Translations under genes and position numbers: made by a program
Source of the DNA: Thermoanaerobaculia bacterium
GTDB taxonomy: Bacteria > Acidobacteriota > Thermoanaerobaculia > UBA5066 > Gp7-AA6
DNA length: 64,000 bases
Assembly: GCA_038239305.1 (NCBI GenBank)
Contig: JBBSEW010000014.1
Coordinates: forward strand, 629 to 64,628
Direction of reading: 5' to 3'
Notes under the pieces: model-generated
What the model was told of the DNA's origin: nothing
The model's database searches: none
The model's input: the letters and a program-made list of their open reading frames with translations, nothing else
Shown here: in pieces, positions 57,155-64,000 of the stretch
Position numbering within the stretch: the first letter of the stretch is position 1
Layout: every line of letters starts with the position of its first letter

Positions 57155-60100
57155 GCCGGCGCGTCGGCATCCTGGAGGGGCTCTGGCGATCCTTCGACGT
57201 TCTCCATTCGCTTTGTCCCGCGCGAGAAGCGCAGGGCGAGCCGGTCAAACGCCAGATAGATCACGGGCGTCGTATAGAGAGTCAGCATCTGGCTGAAGAT
57301 CAGCCCGCCGACGATCGCGATGCCGAGCGGCCGGCGCAGCTCCGAGCCGATGCCCGAGCCGAGCGCGAGGGGAACGCCGCCGAGCAGCGCCGCCATCGTC
57401 GTCATGATGATGGGCCGGAATCGCAATTTTGCGGCCGTGAAGATCGCCTCTTCGGGCGGCTTTCTCTCCCTGCGTTCCGCCTCGAGAGCGAAGTCGATCA
57501 TCATGATGGCGTTCTTCTCGACGATGCCGATGAGAAGGATGATCCCGATGAGCGCGATCACGGAAAAATCGGTCTTGCAGAGCATCAGGGAGAGCAGCGC
57601 CCCGACTCCAGCCGACGGAAGCGTCGACAGGATCGTCACCGGGTGGATGTAGCTCTCGTACAGGATGCCGAGCAGGATGTAGACGGTGATGATGGCGGCG
57701 AGGATGAGAAGCGGCGTGTTCGTCAGAGAGGCCTGGAACGCGGCGGCGGTGCCCTGGAATCCGGCCTGGATGCTGTCGGGCAGTCCGATGTCCTGCCGCA
57801 CCTTGTCGATCGCCTTGACCGCGCCGCCGAGCGAGGCGTTCGGAGCGAGATTGAACGAGATCGTGACGACGGGAAACTGCCCCTGGTGGTTGACCGAGAG
57901 CGGGGCGCTGTTCGTCTGGACCTGCGTGAACGATCCGAGCGGAACGGCGCCCCCGCCCGCGGACCGGAGAAAGACGGTCTTCAGATCCTCGGGGCTGCGC
58001 TGAAAGGTGGGCTGCGCCTCGAGCACGACCCGATACTGGTTGAGCTGCGTGAACATCGTCGAGATCTGTCTCTGGCCGAAGGCGTCATACAGCGCGTCGT
58101 CGAGCATCTGCGGCGTGATCCCGAGGCGGGAGGCGGTCGTGCGATCGAGCAGCAGCCGCGCTTCGAGCCCGGCGTTCTGCTGGTCGCTCGCGACGTCGCG
58201 CAGGTCCGGAATCTGTCGGAGCTTCTCCAGGAACTTCGGCACCCAGGCTGCCAGCTCCTTCGGATCGGCGTCCTCGAGCGTGTACTGGTACTGCGTGCGG
58301 CTCACGCGATCCTCGACGGTCAGGTCCTGCACGGGCTGCAGGAAGAGAGTGATGCCGGTGATCTTCGCGAGCTCGGGCTGCAGTCGGCGGATCACTTCGG
58401 TCGCGCTCGCGCGGCGTTCCTCGAGGGGCTTGAGATTGATCTGGATCCGGCCGCTGTTCGCCGTCGTGTTCGTGCCGTCGATCCCGATGAAGGAGGAGAG
58501 GCTCTCGACTCCCGGGTCCTGGAGGATCGTGTGGGCGAGAGCCTGCTGGCGGCTCGCCATGTCGGGAAACGAGGCCGTCTGCGACGCCTCGCTGATGCCG
58601 AGGATCACGCCCGTGTCCTGGACCGGGAAGAAGCCCTTCGGGATCACGAGGAAGAGCAGAATCGTCGAAACGAGTGTCGCGACGGCGACGACGAGCGTCG
58701 CGCGCTGATGCTTCAGTACCCATCCGAGCGTGCGGCCGTAGAACTCGATGATGTTCTCGAAGATCCGCTCCGACACCTGGTAGAACCGGCCCTGTTCGGA
58801 TGGCGGCCGGTGGCGCAGGAGGCGGGCGCACATCATCGGGGTCAGCGTCAGAGAAACGACGGCCGAGATCAGAATCGTGACCGAGAGCGTCACCGCGAAC
58901 TCCCGGAAGAGGCGGCCGACCACGTCTCCCATGAACAGGAGCGGAATCAGCACGGCGATCAGGGAAACAGTCAGCGAGAGGATCGTGAAACCGATCTGCT
59001 CGGAGCCCTTGAGAGCGGCCTCGAGAGGCTTCTCCCCCTCTTCGATGTACCGCGTGATGTTCTCGATCATGACGATGGCGTCGTCGACGACGAATCCCGT
59101 CGAGATGGTGAGTGCCATGAGGGTCAGGTTGTTCAGGCTGTAGCCCAGCATGTACATCACGCCGAACGTCCCGACGAGCGAGAGGGGAACGGCGACGCTC
59201 GGGATGATCGTGGCGGCAAGCGTACGCAGGAAGAGAAAGATGACCATGACGACGAGCGCTATCGTCAGCATCAGCTCGAACTCGACGTCCCGCACCGAGG
59301 CGCGGATCGTGGTCGTCCGGTCCGTCAAGATGTTGACGGTGATCGCGGACGGAAGCGAAGCGCGAAGCTGGGGGAGCAGCTGCTTGACGCGATCGACCAC
59401 CGAGATGATGTTGGCTCCCGGCTGGCGCTGAATGTTCAGGATCACGGCCGGCACTTCGTTCATCCAAGCGGCCTGCTTGACGTTCTCGATTCCGTCCACC
59501 ACTCTGGCCACGTCCGAGAGGCGCACGGGCGCCCCGTTTTTGTACGCGATCACGAGCGGCTGGTACTGCTCGCTCGTCAGCAGCTGGTCGTTCGCGGCGA
59601 TCTGGTACGACTGCTGCCGGCCGTCGAAGGTTCCCTTCGCCTGGTTGACGTTCGCCGCCGCGATCGCGGTCCGGACGTCTTCCATCGTGAGGCCGTAGGA
59701 CGAGAGGGCGGTCGGATTCACCTGGATGCGCACGGCCGGTTTCTGGCCCCCGCTGATGCTCACGAGACCGACGCCGGGCAGCTGCGAAATCTTCTGCGCG
59801 AGACGCGTGTCCGCGAAATCTTCGACCTTGGAGAGCGGAAGAGTCTTCGACGTGAGCGCGAGCGTCAGGATCGGCGCGTCCGCGGGGTTCGTCTTGCTGT
59901 AGATGGGAGGATTCGGCAGGTCCTTCGGAAGGTACGTACCCGAAGCGTTAATCGCGGCCTGCACCTCCTGCTCGGCGACGTCGATGTTCAGGGCGAGCGC
60001 GAACTGGAGCGTGATGACGGAGCTTCCGTCCGAGCTGTTCGACGTCATCTGGTTCAGCCCGGGAAGCTGTCCGAACTGCCGCTCGAGCGGAGCCGTGACC

Positions 60101-60285
60101 GCGGACGCCATCACGTCCGGGGACGCCCCCGGATAGAACGTGACGATCTGGATGGTGGGGTAGTCGACCTGCGGCAGCGCCGAGACCGGCAGCTGCTTGT
60201 ACCCGATGAGGCCGGCCAGCAGGAGTCCCACCATGAGGAGGGACGTCGCGATCGGCCGGAGGATGAACGGCCGGGAAGGATTCAA
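57151..60285 (-). CDS. mdtB: RND permease MdtB-like
   Basis: [37 protein letters not shown]. Confidence 0.88.
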   Translation of the reverse strand: MNPSRPFILRPIATSLLMVGLLLAGLIGYKQLPVSALPQVDYPTIQIVTFYPGASPDVMASAVTAPLERQFGQLPGLNQMTSNSSDGSSVITLQFALALNIDVAEQEVQAAINASGTYLPKDLPNPPIYSKTNPADAPILTLALTSKTLPLSKVEDFADTRLAQKISQLPGVGLVSISGGQKPAVRIQVNPTALSSYGLTMEDVRTAIAAANVNQAKGTFDGRQQSYQIAANDQLLTSEQYQPLVIAYKNGAPVRLSDVARVVDGIENVKQAAWMNEVPAVILNIQRQPGANIISVVDRVKQLLPQLRASLPSAITVNILTDRTTTIRASVRDVEFELMLTIALVVMVIFLFLRTLAATIIPSVAVPLSLVGTFGVMYMLGYSLNNLTLMALTISTGFVVDDAIVMIENITRYIEEGEKPLEAALKGSEQIGFTILSLTVSLIAVLIPLLFMGDVVGRLFREFAVTLSVTILISAVVSLTLTPMMCARLLRHRPPSEQGRFYQVSERIFENIIEFYGRTLGWVLKHQRATLVVAVATLVSTILLFLVIPKGFFPVQDTGVILGISEASQTASFPDMASRQQALAHTILQDPGVESLSSFIGIDGTNTTANSGRIQINLKPLEERRASATEVIRRLQPELAKITGITLFLQPVQDLTVEDRVSRTQYQYTLEDADPKELAAWVPKFLEKLRQIPDLRDVASDQQNAGLEARLLLDRTTASRLGITPQMLDDALYDAFGQRQISTMFTQLNQYRVVLEAQPTFQRSPEDLKTVFLRSAGGGAVPLGSFTQVQTNSAPLSVNHQGQFPVVTISFNLAPNASLGGAVKAIDKVRQDIGLPDSIQAGFQGTAAAFQASLTNTPLLILAAIITVYILLGILYESYIHPVTILSTLPSAGVGALLSLMLCKTDFSVIALIGIILLIGIVEKNAIMMIDFALEAERRERKPPEEAIFTAAKLRFRPIIMTTMAALLGGVPLALGSGIGSELRRPLGIAIVGGLIFSQMLTLYTTPVIYLAFDRLALRFSRGTKRMENVEGSPEPLQDADAPA

Positions 60286-61625
60286 GAAGAGGCCTTCCGC
60301 CCCCGCCCGTCCGCGCCCTTCGCGTCGGCTCCCGCCGTCGGCGTCCCGCCCTTCGGCGCGCCCTTTCCGTCTTTTCCGCGCCCGCCGGGCTCCGCCCCCG
60401 AAAGCGCGACCTTCGACCCCGGCTGGAGCTTGTCGACTCCATCGACGACGGCGGACTCCCCGTTTCCGATGCCCTTGCGGATCGCCGCCGTGTCGCCTTC
60501 CGTGAGCTGCACGTCGACAGGCCGCATCTCCACGGTCTGATCCGGCTTGATCGCCCAGACGAACGTCGACTGCGGGCTGCGCTGAATGGCGGCCGCCGGA
60601 ATGAGGACGAGGCCGTGCAGGGTATCGACCAGGAGCCGGGCGTTGACGAACTGGTTCGAATAGAGGGTCGAGAGCTCGTTCGGGAAAAGGGCCTTGATCT
60701 TGACTGTGCCGGTTGTTGGATCGATCTGGTTGTCGAGCGCGAGGAGCGCGCCCGTCGCGAGTTTCGTCGTCAGGTCGCGGTCCCAGGCCTCGACGACGAG
60801 GTGCTTGCCGGCGCGCATCTGCTGCTGCACGGCCGGGAGCTGGTCGGCGGGAATCGTGAAGATGACCGCGATGGGCTGAAGCTGCGTGATGACGAGGAGA
60901 CCGTTTGGATCCGTCGCGTGCACGATGTTGCCGGCGTCCACGAGGCGCAATCCGACCCGACCGGAAATCGGAGCGGTGATGCGGCTGTACGCGAGGTTCA
61001 ACTTCGCGCTCTGGACCTGGCCCTCATCGGTCTTGATCGACGCCTCGGTCTGGTTGACGGTGGACTTCTGCGTGTCGAGCTGCTGGCGCGGAATGGAGTC
61101 CTGTTGGCTGAGCGTCTGGTAACGCTCGAGATCGAGCTGGGCGTTCTTGAGGGCGGCCTCGTCCTTCGCCTTCTGCCCCTCCGCCTGCAGGAGCTGGACC
61201 TGGAACGGCCGGGGGTCGATCTCAGCCAGGAGGTCACCCGCGTGGACGAGCTGGCCTTCCTGGAAGGCGGCGCGGATCAACTGCCCGTCGACCCGGGATC
61301 GCACGGTCACCGTGTTCACGGCCGTCACCGTGCCGAGCCCCGTGAGATACACGCCGATGTCTCCGACGCGAGCACGGGCCGCCACGACCGGGATGGGTCG
61401 GTTGGCCGCCGACTTCGCTTTGGCCGCCTGCGCGGTCGCGGCTTTCTTGTGATTCGAATGCAGCAGCAGAAACGCAAGGATGACCACCGCCACGATCGCA
61501 GCTGTGATCCAGAGCCCGCGCCGGGACCGGGGCGCCTGCGGATCCCGGTCGGTCGGCTCGAGAGCGGCCGTCGGGGGCACGGGGCGAGCCGGCGGACTGT
61601 CGGGCATTGAAGCGTTCGTCGTCAT
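60282..61625 (-). CDS. mdtA: RND periplasmic adaptor MdtA-like
   Basis: [50 protein letters not shown]. Confidence 0.88.
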   Translation of the reverse strand: MTTNASMPDSPPARPVPPTAALEPTDRDPQAPRSRRGLWITAAIVAVVILAFLLLHSNHKKAATAQAAKAKSAANRPIPVVAARARVGDIGVYLTGLGTVTAVNTVTVRSRVDGQLIRAAFQEGQLVHAGDLLAEIDPRPFQVQLLQAEGQKAKDEAALKNAQLDLERYQTLSQQDSIPRQQLDTQKSTVNQTEASIKTDEGQVQSAKLNLAYSRITAPISGRVGLRLVDAGNIVHATDPNGLLVITQLQPIAVIFTIPADQLPAVQQQMRAGKHLVVEAWDRDLTTKLATGALLALDNQIDPTTGTVKIKALFPNELSTLYSNQFVNARLLVDTLHGLVLIPAAAIQRSPQSTFVWAIKPDQTVEMRPVDVQLTEGDTAAIRKGIGNGESAVVDGVDKLQPGSKVALSGAEPGGRGKDGKGAPKGGTPTAGADAKGADGRGRKASS

Positions 61626-62067
61626 CGTTCGGGCCTCGCAAACTTCGCGACCTGCCGGACTTTTCCGGCCGCCGCAGTGCGCGGCGCGGCCTCGTAGCGT
61701 CTCATAACCGGTCGCCGAGGCGCCGATCTTCCAATCGGGACACTCTCTCCCCGGAGGCCGCGGAGGGCCCACTCCCTAAACGGTCTCCGCCTTCCCGAAA
61801 TTACGGTTTTCCCCCGACGGACGGACCGGCATCCCCGGCCCGTACGCGCGAGGCGGGTTCCGAGCGGAGCGGGACTCGTAAGCAAGAAATGGAGTCTCTC
61901 GACCGGGCCGCCGTCTTCCTCAAAGCGGCCGTGAGTCTCATTTCGAGACTCGCGCTCGTCCGCGACCGGATAGGCCGGCGTGATAACCTGCCTCTTCCGA
62001 CTCCCTCCGACGGCCCGCGGATTCTCCGTGACCTCCCGTCGCCGGTCTTTCGGCCGGAAGGTCCCCC

Positions 62068-62550
62068 ATGGTCTCCGCCTCTCCAATCGCCGGTATCAGT
62101 CCTCGTGGTGCCGTGGCCCGCACAGGACCCTCGATTTTCGCCATCCGCCTCACCCGGCTGGCCCGCGCGGGCGATCCCCCGGGCCTGATCGCGGTCGCCG
62201 TGGCATCCGGCCCGGAAGGCAAGCGGGCGGTTCGCCTGGGAAACCTCACGGACGCCGCCCTGCGGGGTCGCCTGGCTCATTTTGATGCTCACTCGGCCAA
62301 CGAGATCGCCGCGCTGCGCCGGGCGCTCGCCGTGGAGGGAGGTCAGTTCGTCCTGAACGAGCGCTGGCCGGCCCGGGACGGTTGCCTGCGTTTCTGGTAC
62401 GGGTTTATCGGCTCCAAGATGCGCGCCGTCGAATGGGCGTGCGAGAAGTGTGCGGCCCCGTGCCGCGAAACCGCGGGCGGCGCGGCGGGAGAATCGCTCG
62501 TCCTCGTCTGCAGCTGTGGCCAGACCGCCACGTTTCCGGTCGGGAGATGA
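62068..62550 (+). CDS. Hypothetical protein with C-terminal zinc-ribbon-like motif; start uncertain
   Basis: WACEKC...VCSCG. Confidence 0.55.
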   Translation: MVSASPIAGISPRGAVARTGPSIFAIRLTRLARAGDPPGLIAVAVASGPEGKRAVRLGNLTDAALRGRLAHFDAHSANEIAALRRALAVEGGQFVLNERWPARDGCLRFWYGFIGSKMRAVEWACEKCAAPCRETAGGAAGESLVLVCSCGQTATFPVGR

Positions 62551-62551
62551 C

Positions 62552-62794
62552 ATGTTGACGTACGAGCAGGCGGAAGCCGAGGCGCGGTGGCGATGGGGCG
62601 GGTTTCTGTCGCGGGGCTTCGCCCGCTACGACCCGCAGGCCCGCCTGCCGTACCAGGTCGGCACCAAGCTGTTCGGTAAGAGGATCGTCCGCGGTGAGGG
62701 AACGTCCTGGGAGTCCGCCTTCGGAAATGCCAGCCGAAAGTCGAACGCCGAGAATGGATCCGAAGCTCCGCCCGAAACCCGACCGCGCTCCTGA
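62552..62794 (+). CDS. Small hypothetical protein
   Basis: ATG 1 bp after the previous stop, GGGAG upstream; MLTYEQAEAEARWRWG...GEGTSWESAF. Confidence 0.55.
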   Translation: MLTYEQAEAEARWRWGGFLSRGFARYDPQARLPYQVGTKLFGKRIVRGEGTSWESAFGNASRKSNAENGSEAPPETRPRS

Positions 62795-62854
62795 AGGAGT
62801 GTTTCGAGAAACGGGAAATGCACGAGAGAACGGTCTGATCCGCCGACACCGCTA

Positions 62855-62984
62855 ACCGATTAGCCGACTCACCGATTCGCGATTCACCGACTTTCCGACT
62901 TCCGATCCTCCGATTCGGTGTTCTCCCAGTTGGGTACCCGTTCCTCATCCCCCTCTCCCGGCGGGAGAGGGCCGGGGTGAGGGC
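62855..62984. repeat. CCGA(T/C)-core octamer tandem array plus BoxC-like hairpin
   Basis: ccgattag-ccgactca-ccgattcg-cgattca-ccgacttt...; CCCCTCTCCCGGCGGGAGAGGGCCGGGGTGAGGG at 62949. Confidence 0.8.
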
Positions 62985-63401
62985 CGTTGCCCGCTCCAAC
63001 GGCGTGACCTCCTGCGAAGCTCCGCCACCGTCACCGGACACATGGAGGTCCTCAGGATTTCTCGGCGGAAGATCCGCCCGCCGCCGGCTCCGCCTCCCGT
63101 CCGAGGCACGCGGCGGCCTCGGTGCTGAGAGGAAAGCCTGGCCGCCGCTCGTCGTTCGGTCGCAGACGCAGACAGGCGATCGCTCCAGTCTGGTGTGCTC
63201 CCTCTCTCACATGGCCTCGTCCCGGAGGCTCCGCCGGCCGCGGGCTCCAGCCAGGCTCGATGGGCCTGGAATGAGAGCATCGTCACGATGGGGAGCGGAA
63301 AGCAACCTCCTCGTCCCGCCGCAGCTCGGCTACGGGGAGTGCGGGTGTCCGCCCGGCTCGTCGATTGGAGTTGCGCGCCTGACTTCGGCTGCGCGCTCGC
63401 C

Positions 63402-63989
63402 CTACAACACGGAGGTCGTGACGCTCACCGTCTCGCAGAGGCCGGGATATCGCGTCACCAGACCGGACTCATGGACTTCGAGGTCCGCGATGAAGCGGCC
63501 ACCCGCGCTCTCGTAGCGGTATGTGCTTCGGCCTGTGCGGCGGTACACCTGCTCGAGCACCTCGAGCTGGAAGTCCGGGAACCGCAGCACGCGGCGTGTA
63601 CGGGCGCTTCGGCGCCGATCGCGAGGTCGAGCCGGCGAATGGCGAATGGCAAGGAGATTCGTGGACGGGCTGAAGTGGAGATCCACGTCGAGGCAGCCGT
63701 TCACGCCGTCGCAGGGCGCTCCGTTCAGCCGCCAACGCCGTTCGTGGTCGGCGGCGATCGCGACATCCACGACCCGGTCGCCGATCCACCCGGATACTCG
63801 CGTCGAGAGCGTGGCCCATGTCGTATCGCAGGCGACGAGATAGTCGGGGCGGCACGGCCGTCCGTCATGTTCAAAGACAGCGGACCCCTCGAGGCTCGGC
63901 CCGCCCTCGCCGGTCACGACCCGAGCTGCCTCATGCCCGGCCCGGTCGAGGCGGCGCCACAGGATGGAGGAAGCCGGAGTGCCCGTCAT
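63402..63989 (-). CDS. Putative glycolipid-binding-domain family protein carrying a compensated double frameshift
   Basis: ILWRRLDRAGHE, GCLDVDLHFSPSTN, LEQVYRR, YRYES, GLVTRYPG; the expected IRRLDLAIGAEAPVHAA segment lies in another frame. Confidence 0.75.
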   Translation of the reverse strand: MTGTPASSILWRRLDRAGHEAARVVTGEGGPSLEGSAVFEHDGRPCRPDYLVACDTTWATLSTRVSGWIGDRVVDVAIAADHERRWRLNGAPCDGVNGCLDVDLHFSPSTNLLAIRHSPARPRDRRRSARTRRVLRFPDFQLEVLEQVYRRTGRSTYRYESAGGRFIADLEVHESGLVTRYPGLCETVSVTTSVL

Positions 63990-64000
63990 TGGCGATCTTC

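Noticed and set aside
21272-60540. Very long antisense or alternate-frame ORFs (e.g. 21272-24100, 21409-24738, 26007-28238, 28255-31056, 57145-60540)
   Set aside because: They overlap well-supported genes and have Arg/Gly/Ala-rich composition typical of stop-poor frames in high-GC DNA
61626-62067. Leader RNA or extended N-terminus upstream of mdtA
   Set aside because: No recognisable motif; the upstream translation is low-complexity and the adaptor-like sequence starts near 61625

Overview
High-GC bacterial chromosome segment. The Oar-type TonB-dependent receptors, Hanks kinase-TPR, S46/M16/S9 peptidases and large Ig/PKD surface protein suggest Acidobacteriota or a similar lineage (inference). 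Bases 1-5627 are the right-hand part of an integrative, satellite-like element inserted at the 3' end of tRNA-Arg(CCG). It carries a CHC2-TOPRIM-AAA primase/helicase with an iteron-like array in its 3' end, an AlpA/Xis protein, a short sigma-70 factor with SigK/SigE-like features, an RHH regulator and a tyrosine integrase. The rest is host DNA: two tandem TonB-dependent receptor paralogs plus an unannotated orphan C-terminal fragment of a third, lysA, a YtrA-ABC module, MFS, TetR-RND and MdtABC-OMF efflux systems, peptidases, a Vgb-propeller/Ig/PKD surface protein, PilT, ltaE and three tRNAs in total. The strongest candidate for an undescribed system is a translationally coupled uppP - atypical Lgt - tetraether-synthase(Tes/MJ0619)-like radical SAM - small membrane protein operon (48441-51832). 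Intergenic spaces are mosaics of dispersed repeats: BoxC-like hairpins, a ~135 bp structured repeat with compensatory changes, and 7/8-mer tandem arrays. All calls come from reading motifs by eye; no database searches were run.
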